Positions 55,847 through 64,000 of a stretch of DNA of 64,000 nucleotides are shown here, in pieces. Made by a program: the position numbers and the translations under genes. The stretch is from assembly GCA_001790815.1 (NCBI GenBank), contig MGDU01000010.1, positions 2,621 through 66,620 of the forward strand, in the 5' to 3' direction. Every line of letters begins with the position of its first letter. Position 1 is the first letter of the stretch. The DNA comes from Candidatus Uhrbacteria bacterium RIFCSPHIGHO2_02_FULL_46_47 (GTDB lineage Bacteria > Patescibacteriota > Patescibacteriia > GWA2-47-26). The notes under the pieces were generated by a model. It saw only the letters and a list, made by a program, of their open reading frames with translations. It was not told the origin of the DNA and made no database searches.

Positions 55847-57043
55847 ATGGCAATATTTCGCTATAGGGCAAAAGACAAATCCGGCCGTATGGCCGTTGGC
55901 CGGGCTGAAGCGCCGAATTTGGCAAGTGCAGAGCAAGCGCTGGAGGATCGCGGCTTGAATATTGTTCTGCTTGAAGAAATCGCGCCGCGCTGGCGCATCC
56001 CCCTTGCCGGACGCGTAACCGCGCGCGATATTGTTATTTTTTCCCGCCAGTTATCCGTATTGACTTCAGCTAATGTTACCTTGGTTCAGGGTTTGCGCAC
56101 TTTGCAGGACCAAACTCCCAATCGCGAACTTGGCAAAATTTTGAAAGAAGTCGCGGATGATGTGGAAGCCGGCACGCGGCTAAGTATCGCGCTTGGCAAG
56201 CATCCGCGGGTTTTTAATCGTTTTTTTGTGAGTATGGTAAAGTCCGGCGAGACCGCTGGCCGGCTTGCTGAAGTATTGAATTTTTTGGCGGATCAAACCG
56301 AGAAAGAATATGATTTGGTTTCCAAGGTGCGCGGCGCCATGCTTTACCCCGCGTTTATCGTAACCGGCATGATTATCATCAGTGTCGTGCTTTTGATTTT
56401 TGTGATTCCGCGGTTGACTTCCGTGCTGTTGGAGTCCGGCGCCACGCTTCCGCTTACCACCCGCATGCTTATTGGCGCGTCGTCATTCATGCGCAATTTT
56501 TGGTGGCTTTTGATTATTTTGATAGTCGGCGCGATTGTATTGTTCCGTTTGGCGCTAAGGCAGTCCGATTTTCGTGAATCCTATGACAAGCTGAAATTGC
56601 GTATACCGATTTTCGGCTCGCTTTTACAAAAAATTTACCTTGCGCGCATGACTCGCAGTTTGCACATTTTGCTTTCCGGTGGCGTGGATGTGGTTGGGTC
56701 TTTGGAGGTGGTGGGGGAGGTGGTTGGCAATGAGTATTACGCGCGGATGATACGCGAAACTCAGCGCGAAGTTGCGGATGGAAATTCCATAAATACCATA
56801 ATTCAACAAAGCTCGCTTGTTCCGGCCATGGTTTCGCAAATGTTGGCAGTAGGCGAGGAAAGCGGTCAGATGACACAAATTCTTGATAAATTAACTTCAT
56901 TTTATACGCGTGAGGTGGATAATGGCGTAACTACGCTGGTGTCCATTATTGAGCCGCTTTTGATGGTGATAATCGGGCTTGGAGTTGGAATGATTGTGGC
57001 TTCTATAATTTTGCCCATGTACAAACTTGCCGGGTCATTTTGA
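55847..57043 (+). CDS. pilC: type IV pilus platform protein PilC (GspF family)
   Basis: Two GspF-type repeats and 3 TM segments (e.g. AFIVTGMIIISVVLLIFVIP); 398 aa. Confidence 0.85.
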   Translation: MAIFRYRAKDKSGRMAVGRAEAPNLASAEQALEDRGLNIVLLEEIAPRWRIPLAGRVTARDIVIFSRQLSVLTSANVTLVQGLRTLQDQTPNRELGKILKEVADDVEAGTRLSIALGKHPRVFNRFFVSMVKSGETAGRLAEVLNFLADQTEKEYDLVSKVRGAMLYPAFIVTGMIIISVVLLIFVIPRLTSVLLESGATLPLTTRMLIGASSFMRNFWWLLIILIVGAIVLFRLALRQSDFRESYDKLKLRIPIFGSLLQKIYLARMTRSLHILLSGGVDVVGSLEVVGEVVGNEYYARMIRETQREVADGNSINTIIQQSSLVPAMVSQMLAVGEESGQMTQILDKLTSFYTREVDNGVTTLVSIIEPLLMVIIGLGVGMIVASIILPMYKLAGSF

Positions 57044-57066
57044 TAGATGACAACACCGAGTCAATC

Positions 57067-57120
57067 GTAGTCGCGGATTTTGTAGTCGACGGCTTTAGCC
57101 GGCGCGCGCGAACTGACGAC
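57067..57120. repeat. degenerate family E REP-like element after pilC
   Basis: gtagtcgcggattttgtagtcgacGGCtttagCCggcgcgcgcgaactgacgac. Confidence 0.5.
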
Positions 57121-57140
57121 TTTGTGCAGTCACAAAAATA

Positions 57141-57149
57141 TGCTATACT
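57141..57149 (+). promoter_or_regulatory. extended -10 promoter (TGcTATACT) 6 nt upstream of the pilin ATG (near-leaderless)
   Basis: TGCTATACTatacctATG. Confidence 0.5.
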
Positions 57150-57155
57150 ATACCT

Positions 57156-57626
57156 ATGTGGATAAGTCGAAATAGAACCGGAAAAGGTTTTACGCTCATT
57201 GAGCTTCTTGTGGTGATTGCGATTATAGGCATATTGACCACTGTGGCCACATTGTCGCTGATTCAGGCACGGCGTCGGGCGCGAGATACCAAACGCGTTT
57301 CCGATATTCAGCAGGTGCGCAACGCGCTGCTCATTTACTCAAATCAGCGGGCAACTTATCCGGCAACTCCTGTTGGCGGCGTCATATTGGGAAGCGGGGA
57401 TGCAAAGTGCCTGGATGATTCTGTTGCAGGATTTAACGTGGTATGCGGCGCTGGCGGAGAACTTGTGATTATGCAAAGGGTTCCTGCTGATATTGTTGGC
57501 GGCGCGAGTTACACATACAGTAAAACCGGAGCGCAGAATTATGCCATCACGTTTACATTGGAAGGAAATGTTGAAAATTTAAGTGGAAATTGTACTGCGA
57601 CAGAAAGTGGAATTACTTGTCCATAA
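57156..57626 (+). CDS. type IV pilin (major pilin candidate 1)
   Basis: Prepilin leader ...GKG|FTLIELLVVIAIIGIL (class III signal, Glu5). Confidence 0.85.
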   Translation: MWISRNRTGKGFTLIELLVVIAIIGILTTVATLSLIQARRRARDTKRVSDIQQVRNALLIYSNQRATYPATPVGGVILGSGDAKCLDDSVAGFNVVCGAGGELVIMQRVPADIVGGASYTYSKTGAQNYAITFTLEGNVENLSGNCTATESGITCP

Positions 57627-57641
57627 AGGTCGAATCAAAGT

Positions 57642-57738
57642 GTAGCCGCCGGTCTTTAGCCGGCGCACTTGCTCAAAGTAGATTGTAGCCGCCGGTCTTT
57701 AGCCGGCGCACTCGCGCAGCTTAAAGCGCTGCGGCTAT
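57642..57738. repeat. family E REP-like cluster: two identical GTAGCCGCCGGTCTTTAGCCGGCGCAC units plus a third hairpin
   Basis: 57642-57668 and 57685-57711 are identical; 57714-57738 is GCGCAGCttaaagcGCTGCGgctat. Confidence 0.75.
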
Positions 57739-57760
57739 AATAATTAAAATATAATAAACT

Positions 57761-58243
57761 ATGAAACAATATAAAAAAGGATTCACCCTTATAGAATTGC
57801 TTGTCGTGATTGCAATTATCGGCATCTTGTCAACCTTGGCAGTTGTCTCACTCGGAAACGCGCGAGTGCGTGCAAGGGATTCAAAACGAACAGCGGATAT
57901 GCGTTCACTCCAAAGCGCATTGGAAATTTTCTACACAGATCGCGCGGCTTACCCAGTTCTAAATCCGGGGGCAAACATAGAGGATCAATATCTTTGCAAT
58001 ACCTCGGGGGTTACTGCATTCCAAGCTGGGGTATGTACAACCGCATCTGACCAGTTGATTCGCGTGCCACGCGATCCATCGTCAAATTCCGGTAATACGG
58101 ATTCCAATGTATACACGTATACTAGTATAAGTGGAAGCAATACTTATAAAGTTGCCTTTACGCTGGAGCAAGCAGTTGGTACATTACCATCAGGCGCAAA
58201 TTGTCTTACAACGGGAGGCCTTGCAGGTGGTGCTTGCCCATAA
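57761..58243 (+). CDS. type IV pilin (major pilin candidate 2)
   Basis: KKG|FTLIELLVVIAIIGILS prepilin leader. Confidence 0.85.
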   Translation: MKQYKKGFTLIELLVVIAIIGILSTLAVVSLGNARVRARDSKRTADMRSLQSALEIFYTDRAAYPVLNPGANIEDQYLCNTSGVTAFQAGVCTTASDQLIRVPRDPSSNSGNTDSNVYTYTSISGSNTYKVAFTLEQAVGTLPSGANCLTTGGLAGGACP

Positions 58244-58271
58244 AGTTGTATTGTATTACAAGGGCTCGCAA

Positions 58272-58306
58272 GGATTACCCTATATGGGTAGTCCTTTGTG
58301 TTTTAT
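58272..58306 (+). terminator. rho-independent terminator after pilin 2
   Basis: GGATTACCC-tata-TGGGTAGTCC followed by TTTGTGTTTTAT. Confidence 0.45.
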
Positions 58307-58322
58307 GGTATAATGGCATACT

Positions 58323-59117
58323 ATGATGGGCATTGTTTTTATAGCCGGTCTTGCAATTGGCAGCTTTTTAAATGCGTATATTTGGCGCTTGCATAGCGGT
58401 GGATCTGTGTGGCGGGGGAGGTCGTATTGTCCAAAATGCAAAAAAGGTCTTGCCTGGTACGAGCTTATTCCACTTGTATCATTCTTTGTACAACTTGGCC
58501 GATGTCGCGGTTGCAATCAAAAAATAGATTGGCAATATCCGTTGGTAGAGTTTGTCACTGGGATTTTGTTTATATTGGTTTTTGTGAATATAAAGCAAAT
58601 GGCGCTTGCGCCGCTTTGGCGCGAAGATCTTGCTATTGTAGTATCCTGGTACTTACTCGCAGTGCTCACGATACTGTTTGTATTTGATCTTCGTTATGGT
58701 CTTGTTCCGGATGAAGCGGTGTTGCCGGCTATTGTAATCGCGATGGCGTACAACATCATCTTGAGCTATGGTAAAAATCCAAACCATAACTACTTACTAC
58801 CTACTACTTACTACCTACTCGCAGTCGCAATTGGCGCGGGATTTTTCGCCTTGCAATACTGGTTTTCAAAAGGAAAGTGGCTAGGGGCAGGTGATATACG
58901 CATTGGCGCGCTTATGGGCGCGATGGTTGGTTGGCCGTATATTTTTGAAGCAATTATCATTTCTTACATAATCGGCGGATTTGTCGGTGTGTTTCTTTTA
59001 ATAAACGGCAGGAAGAAATTTGGACAAACATTGCCGCTTGGGACATTTCTTACTCTTGGTACCGCAATTGTATTTTTATATGGCGAACAATTATGGCGCG
59101 CGTATTGGAAAATATGA
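58323..59117 (+). CDS. pilD: prepilin peptidase PilD (A24 family)
   Basis: N-terminal tetracysteine CPKCKK..CRGCNQ and a membrane core with conserved Asp residues; 264 aa. Confidence 0.85.
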   Translation: MMGIVFIAGLAIGSFLNAYIWRLHSGGSVWRGRSYCPKCKKGLAWYELIPLVSFFVQLGRCRGCNQKIDWQYPLVEFVTGILFILVFVNIKQMALAPLWREDLAIVVSWYLLAVLTILFVFDLRYGLVPDEAVLPAIVIAMAYNIILSYGKNPNHNYLLPTTYYLLAVAIGAGFFALQYWFSKGKWLGAGDIRIGALMGAMVGWPYIFEAIIISYIIGGFVGVFLLINGRKKFGQTLPLGTFLTLGTAIVFLYGEQLWRAYWKI

Positions 59118-59800
59118 ATCACGAATCAGGAATTTGGAATCATGGATTGCGAAAAAATCATAATTCATTATTCATAATTCATAATTCGCGTAAATCCGCA
59201 GGATTTACGCTTTTGGAGCTTCTTGTTTCTATCAGCATTTTTGTTATAATTACGACCGCGGTTGTAATTAATTATCGCAGTGGGGAGCAAAGCGCGCAAT
59301 TGCGCCTTGGCGCGGAAAATCTGGCAAGCACACTGCGGCTTTTGCAAACAATGGCGCAAAGCGGTAAAACAGTGGAGTTGTGCGATACCCAGGACGCAGA
59401 TGGCACGCCAGATCAATACGCAAACCAAGTATGCACGGTAGGCAGTGGAGTAAACTGCGACAGCGCATGCACTCAGCGTGTTCCAACCGGCGGATATGGC
59501 ATGTCTATAGTAAATGGCGCAGTATTATTATTTGCGGATGGAAACAATAATCATGTTTTTGATACAGGTGAGGAATTGGCAAATGTGAAAACAGATTTTC
59601 CGCAAAACATTGTAATTGGCGTTATAACCGAAACCGAAGATGCACAATTGGCCATTGTGTTTTTGCCGCCAGATGCAGAAATTTTGGTAAATGGAGCGCA
59701 AGCCGCAAGTAATGTATACATCACAGCACAGCATGAAAAAAGCGGGGATAATCGCACGATTGTTGTACGTCCCGCAAGCGGTCGTATTGATGTGAAATAA
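59114..59800 (+). CDS. minor pilin/pseudopilin (prepilin-type N-terminus)
   Basis: SAG|FTLLELLVSISIFVIITTAV; ATGA overlap with the pilD stop. Confidence 0.7.
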   Translation: MNHESGIWNHGLRKNHNSLFIIHNSRKSAGFTLLELLVSISIFVIITTAVVINYRSGEQSAQLRLGAENLASTLRLLQTMAQSGKTVELCDTQDADGTPDQYANQVCTVGSGVNCDSACTQRVPTGGYGMSIVNGAVLLFADGNNNHVFDTGEELANVKTDFPQNIVIGVITETEDAQLAIVFLPPDAEILVNGAQAASNVYITAQHEKSGDNRTIVVRPASGRIDVK

Positions 59801-59806
59801 AATAGT

Positions 59807-60382
59807 ATGCTGAAACGTGGTTTTGGGCTACTGGAAACTATTATTGCGCTGGGAGTAATTATAACTGGGCTTGTTTCAGTTATTTCGCTTAGTATTGCAA
59901 ATCTAACAAATGAGCGCGACACGGCGATGCGCTACCAAGCAGTTAATCTTGCGCGCGAAGGAATTGAGCTTGTGCGCAATATTCGCGATAGCAACTGGCT
60001 TGCTGGTACGGATACCTGGCAAGGAATTCCGCCAGGAGGAGGGGATTTTACTATACAATTCAATCCAGAAACTCAAAAGTTTGCGTTTGCGCCTGCAGGC
60101 GGTGAAGAGTCTGTTGAAGGCGCGCGCGTTGCACAGTGCGGAGATGGAATCTATATCCAACCGAGCAGTTTTATTTGCGATAAAATTACCCCATTTTCAA
60201 GAACGCTGAATCTTACGTTCAAAAGCTGTGTAGGAGAATTTTCAGGCGATGAATTCGCCTCTGTATGCGAAGCGGCTGGGAATCCCACTCCCCCGGTTGC
60301 CCTTGAGATTTCGTCCACTGTTAGTTGGAATCAAGGAGCAAAAAATATCACGATTACTGATATCCTATATGACTGGCGATAA
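59807..60382 (+). CDS. minor pilin-like protein
   Basis: KRG|FGLLETIIALGVIITGLVSVISL prepilin-like N-terminus. Confidence 0.65.
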   Translation: MLKRGFGLLETIIALGVIITGLVSVISLSIANLTNERDTAMRYQAVNLAREGIELVRNIRDSNWLAGTDTWQGIPPGGGDFTIQFNPETQKFAFAPAGGEESVEGARVAQCGDGIYIQPSSFICDKITPFSRTLNLTFKSCVGEFSGDEFASVCEAAGNPTPPVALEISSTVSWNQGAKNITITDILYDWR

Positions 60383-60950
60383 AAACGGCTTTACACTGAT
60401 GGAGATGCTGGTTTCACTTGCGCTTTTTTCAGTGGTTGTTACGATTTCAACAGATCTTTTCTTTACCTTCCAGCGCGTTTCTCGCAAAACAGAGAGCTTT
60501 GAGCATTTAGTTTCAGATGCGAGATTGATTATTGAGCAAATTGCGCGCGAAGTGCGGGAAGGTACGATCCATTACAGTGCATATCCAACTCTGCCGTTGA
60601 ATACGCCGCAAACCACGCTTAAGATATTAGATAGTTCCGCAGTTCCGGTTGAATTTGCCTTTAACGCATCTTGTCCGGATAATAGCGAGTTCCCATGTCT
60701 TACGATTGCGCGTGGCGGTTCTCCGGAGCGGCTTTCCGGCGTGGATACGCGAGTTATCAACGCGCAATTCTTCATTTCCCCAACACTAGATCCATTTAAC
60801 TTTTCAGCAGATACCGGAAATTATTTAGCCGATAGCCAACCGCGCGTAACAGTCGCGCTATCGCTTGATAATGGCAAAGACGCCGGCGATCCAAATTATA
60901 TTCGTTATGATGTTCAAACCACAATATCAAGCCGCGTTTATCGGCGGTAA
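60369..60950 (+). CDS. minor pilin-like protein
   Basis: KNG|FTLMEMLVSLALFSVVVTIS; start at the ATG overlapping the upstream stop (ORF track 60249). Confidence 0.65.
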   Translation: MTGDKNGFTLMEMLVSLALFSVVVTISTDLFFTFQRVSRKTESFEHLVSDARLIIEQIAREVREGTIHYSAYPTLPLNTPQTTLKILDSSAVPVEFAFNASCPDNSEFPCLTIARGGSPERLSGVDTRVINAQFFISPTLDPFNFSADTGNYLADSQPRVTVALSLDNGKDAGDPNYIRYDVQTTISSRVYRR

Positions 60951-61743
60951 CCCTACCCAACCTCCCTCACCCGGCCTGCGGCCACCCTCTCCCTCAGGGA
61001 GAGGGGAGGGTGAGGGGAAAAAAGGAGAGAGGAGGGGTTACTCCTTGCTTTTGGCCGTGCTGATTACCAGCACTGTTCTTTCAGCCGCTTCTGCGCTAGC
61101 CACTATTATTATTTCGGAAATTCGGCAAACGCGGCAAACTGCCGGCGCAATCCAAGCTCGCGCAAGCGCAGAACAAAAAACCGAGCGCGTTTTGTATTTA
61201 TTGCGCAAGACAGAATTGCCACTTGATCAGATTGCCGGCGCAACCGGTGCGGCCGTTTCATCTTCGCAAGATCCACAATATTTTAGCATTCAGGAAAATG
61301 ATTTTGTGTCATTGCCCATTAGCGTAGACGGGGAAGTATCCGATATTGCGCCGCGCATTACTACCATTACTACATGGAAGCCGGCAGAGGCATGCGCAAG
61401 CGCAAGCGCAAGCTGGATTGAGGTAACACCGATTTCATGGAACGGTGCGGAATTTATTTCACAACGATACCCGTATTCTCACAGCGACTTTACATCCGAA
61501 GGTCAGTTGCGTATTGCATTTCCGGCTGGTGGAACGCCGGTTGAAATGCGCATCCGCGCTTTGTATTGCGACATTGATAATCTTGCCGTAGAAGATATTC
61601 CCGGACGCGTGCGCATCGTGGCTTCTGGGCAATCCGGAGACGTGAGCCAGTCCTTGCAGACGCTTATGGTTCGCCGTCCTCCAGCGTCAGGATTATTTGA
61701 TTTTGTCATTTTTTCAGAATCCGAAATCAAAAAAGGACTATGA
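60865..61743 (+). CDS. pilus-associated membrane-anchored protein (PilX/GspK-like position); start ambiguous
   Basis: Hydrophobic anchor GYSLLLAVLITSTVLSAASALATIIISE. The ORF N-terminus runs through a family C element (60951-61017); an alternative TTG start at 61045 has a GGAGAGGAGGGG RBS. Confidence 0.5.
   Translation: MIMAKTPAIQIIFVMMFKPQYQAAFIGGNPTQPPSPGLRPPSPSGRGEGEGKKGERRGYSLLLAVLITSTVLSAASALATIIISEIRQTRQTAGAIQARASAEQKTERVLYLLRKTELPLDQIAGATGAAVSSSQDPQYFSIQENDFVSLPISVDGEVSDIAPRITTITTWKPAEACASASASWIEVTPISWNGAEFISQRYPYSHSDFTSEGQLRIAFPAGGTPVEMRIRALYCDIDNLAVEDIPGRVRIVASGQSGDVSQSLQTLMVRRPPASGLFDFVIFSESEIKKGL
60951..61017. repeat. family C palindromic element at the junction of minor pilin genes
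   Basis: ccctacccaacctccctcacccggcctgcggccaccctctccctcagggagaggggagggtgagggg. Confidence 0.8.
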
Positions 61744-63830
61744 TTAAAGATGAAGCAAAAAAGCGAATTGAGAAATTGCGCGAGGGAATTAATCGCTATC
61801 GATATCAGTATCATGTACTGGATAAGCTTGAAATTTCCGAAGCCGCGCTGGACTCATTAAAGCACGAGCTTTTTAAGCTGGAACAAGAGTATCCGGAATT
61901 TATCACGTCGGATTCGCCAACTCAGCGGGTTGGCGGAAAGCCTCTGCCGGAATTTAAAAAAGTGACGCATAAGGTGCCCATGCTTTCCATGGAAGATGTG
62001 TTTTCGCCGCAGGAACTTACGGCATGGCTCACAAGAATTGAGCGGCACTATCCTAATGGCCATTTTGATTTTTACGCGGAAGTTAAAATGGACGGATTGG
62101 CTGTATCGCTTATTTATAAAAATGGCATACTGCATACCGGATCTACGCGTGGAGATGGAAAAGTGGGGGAGGATGTAACGCAGAATTTGAAAACAATTGA
62201 AGCCATCCCATTGCGCTTGCGTGTACCAAGCGAATCAGAAATCCGGAAGCTGAGCTTCCCAGGGGGAAGCTCAGCTTCCTTATATCTTACAATTACCAAT
62301 GCTATTGAACACGGCGAGATTGAAATTCGCGGTGAAGCGTACATGTCCAAGAAAACTTTTGAGGAGCTTAATTACGAGCAAAAGAAAAAGGGCGAAGAAT
62401 TATTTGCCAATCCGCGCAATGCCGCCGCCGGGGCAATTCGCCAGCTGGATCCTAAAATCAGTGCCTCGCGCCGACTTTCATTTTTTGGTTATGCGCTTTT
62501 GTTTCCTCCCCTGCCTGAGGGGAGGATTAAGGAGGGGTGGGAGACCCACGAGCAAGCGCACGAACTTATAAAATTATTCGGAATTCCGGTGAATTCGGAA
62601 AATAAGCACTGTAAAACTCTTGATGACGTAGTGCAATTTCATGAGCACGTTTATAAAAAGCGTGAAAAGCTCCCATATTGGACTGATGGTATTGTCGCGG
62701 TTATAAATAATGACGCGACGTTTGAGCGGCTTGGGGCGGTTGGTAAAGCGCCGCGCGGGATGATTGCGTATAAATTTCCGGCGCAACAGGCAACCACAAA
62801 AGTAAAAGAAGTGCGCTGGCAAGTCGGCCGTACTGGCGCGCTTACGCCCGTTGCGGTAATGGATCCGGTTTTTGTGGCCGGAACAACCGTTCAGCACGCT
62901 ACCCTGCATAATATGGATGAGATTGAGCGACTTGGTCTGAAAATAGGGGATACGGTAATTTTGGAAAAAGCCGGCGACATTATTCCAAAAATTGTGAAGG
63001 TTTTGTCAAAACTGCGCACTGGCCATGAAAAAATAATCCACACGCCAACGCATTGTCCGGCTTGCGGAAGTAAGGTCACGCGCGCGGAGGGCGAGGTTGC
63101 AATAGTTTGCAATAAAAAAAATTGTCCGGCAAAACATCTGGAAAATATCACGCATTTTGTTTCCAAAAAAGCCATGGATATTGACGGACTTGGCTATAAA
63201 ATAGTGGAACAGTTAATGAATGCGGGGTTTATTGCCACGCCGGCAGATATTTATAAACTGACCAAGTCAGATTTGATTGATTTAGAACGGTTTGGCGAAA
63301 AATCCGCGGAAAATCTGATTGCCGCCATTAATAAAGCACGCACGCCCCAGCTTTCACGTTTTATTTTTGCGCTGGGTATTAAACATGTGGGTGAGGAAAC
63401 TGCGGTGGATTTGGCCAACACTTTTGGCACGCTTAAAAAAATACGCGGAGCCGCGCTTGAAGAGCTTGAAGCCGTACCGAATATCGGTGAAGTAGTGGCG
63501 CGATCATTGCACGAGTATTTTTCGGACAAGCACAATCAAAAATTAATTGATGATTTGCTTGATGCAGGGGTTAGAGCTGAAGAAGTGCATATTAGGCGCC
63601 ATCAACCTTTTACGGGAAAAACATTCGTATTGACCGGCGGCCTGGAAACCATGACGCGCGATGAAGCCAAAGAAAAAATCCGCGCCTTAGGCGGCGATAT
63701 TTCCGGCTCGGTTTCCAAAAACACCGATTATGTCGTCGTCGGCACCGACCCCGGCGACAAATACGAAAAGGCCAAAAAACTCGGAATTAAAACACTAGAT
63801 GAGAAAACGTTTCGGGGCATGCTAAAATAA
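61740..63830 (+). CDS. ligA: NAD-dependent DNA ligase LigA with two in-frame palindromic insertions
   Basis: Adenylation motif KMDG (EVKMDGLAVSL), Zn finger CPACGS..C, HhH and C-terminal BRCT (FTGKTFVLTG). Insertions: family A REP doublet (KLSFPGGSSASLY) and family C ([15 protein letters not shown]). Confidence 0.9.
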   Translation: MIKDEAKKRIEKLREGINRYRYQYHVLDKLEISEAALDSLKHELFKLEQEYPEFITSDSPTQRVGGKPLPEFKKVTHKVPMLSMEDVFSPQELTAWLTRIERHYPNGHFDFYAEVKMDGLAVSLIYKNGILHTGSTRGDGKVGEDVTQNLKTIEAIPLRLRVPSESEIRKLSFPGGSSASLYLTITNAIEHGEIEIRGEAYMSKKTFEELNYEQKKKGEELFANPRNAAAGAIRQLDPKISASRRLSFFGYALLFPPLPEGRIKEGWETHEQAHELIKLFGIPVNSENKHCKTLDDVVQFHEHVYKKREKLPYWTDGIVAVINNDATFERLGAVGKAPRGMIAYKFPAQQATTKVKEVRWQVGRTGALTPVAVMDPVFVAGTTVQHATLHNMDEIERLGLKIGDTVILEKAGDIIPKIVKVLSKLRTGHEKIIHTPTHCPACGSKVTRAEGEVAIVCNKKNCPAKHLENITHFVSKKAMDIDGLGYKIVEQLMNAGFIATPADIYKLTKSDLIDLERFGEKSAENLIAAINKARTPQLSRFIFALGIKHVGEETAVDLANTFGTLKKIRGAALEELEAVPNIGEVVARSLHEYFSDKHNQKLIDDLLDAGVRAEEVHIRRHQPFTGKTFVLTGGLETMTRDEAKEKIRALGGDISGSVSKNTDYVVVGTDPGDKYEKAKKLGIKTLDEKTFRGMLK
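62243..62279. repeat. family A REP palindrome doublet inserted in-frame in ligA
   Basis: ccggaagctgagcttcc-caggg-ggaagctcagcttcc, identical in type to the RAYT-flanking elements. Confidence 0.85.
62505..62543. repeat. family C-like palindromic element in-frame in ligA
   Basis: cctcccctgcctgaggggaggattaaggaggggtgggag. Confidence 0.75.
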
Positions 63831-63920
63831 ATTACCCAGGGTAAAATCATTTGTATTTGAATACATTGAATGAATAACAGTCACAATAACAAAAGTGATA
63901 GTAAAATACGCTGAACGGAT

Positions 63921-63956
63921 AATTATTCACGATCGTGAGTAATAAGTTGTTATGAC
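63921..63956. promoter_or_regulatory. third copy of the TCACGATCGTGA palindrome/operator-like site, immediately upstream of a truncated third paralog
   Basis: aattattcacgatcgtgagtaataagttgttatgacaatg, resembling the 35643 site. Confidence 0.5.
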
Positions 63957-64000
63957 AATGAGAAAGAAAATACAAAAGAAAAAATCAAGGCAGGCGGAAT
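63957..64000 (+). CDS. 5' end of a third wHTH/Cas2-like paralog (truncated by the window end)
   Basis: MRKKIQKKKSRQAE.. Lys-rich N-terminus like the 26981/35000 proteins, directly after the palindromic site. Confidence 0.35.

Overview
The window reads as a gene-dense, mostly plus-strand stretch of a small-genome bacterium (by inference CPR/Patescibacteria-like: giant surface proteins, a secretin-less type IV pilus locus, extended -10 promoters often abutting start codons, and many in-frame repeat insertions). It holds an IS200-like RAYT transposase bracketed by REP palindromes at the left edge, a 3207-aa repeat-mosaic surface protein, a dockerin/cohesin gene trio, and MurF plus a tRNA-Glu. 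Next come four tandem paralogous Cys-rich fibre-like secreted proteins, three paralogous winged-helix + Cas2-like small proteins each preceded by a TCACGATCGTGA palindrome, and housekeeping genes (cysS, dnaX, murJ, lepA, recJ, rnhA, ligA). It also holds a ~0.4-kb promoter-to-terminator structured ncRNA candidate on the minus strand, a complete monoderm-type type IV pilus operon (pilMNOB, receiver, pilC, 2 pilins, pilD, 4 minor pilins) and several intergenic repeat families. The most unusual observation is that at least four families of short palindromic elements sit IN-FRAME inside essential genes (about 20 insertions), adding Pro/Ser/Gly/Glu-rich peptide loops. No CRISPR array, rRNA or prophage was found.
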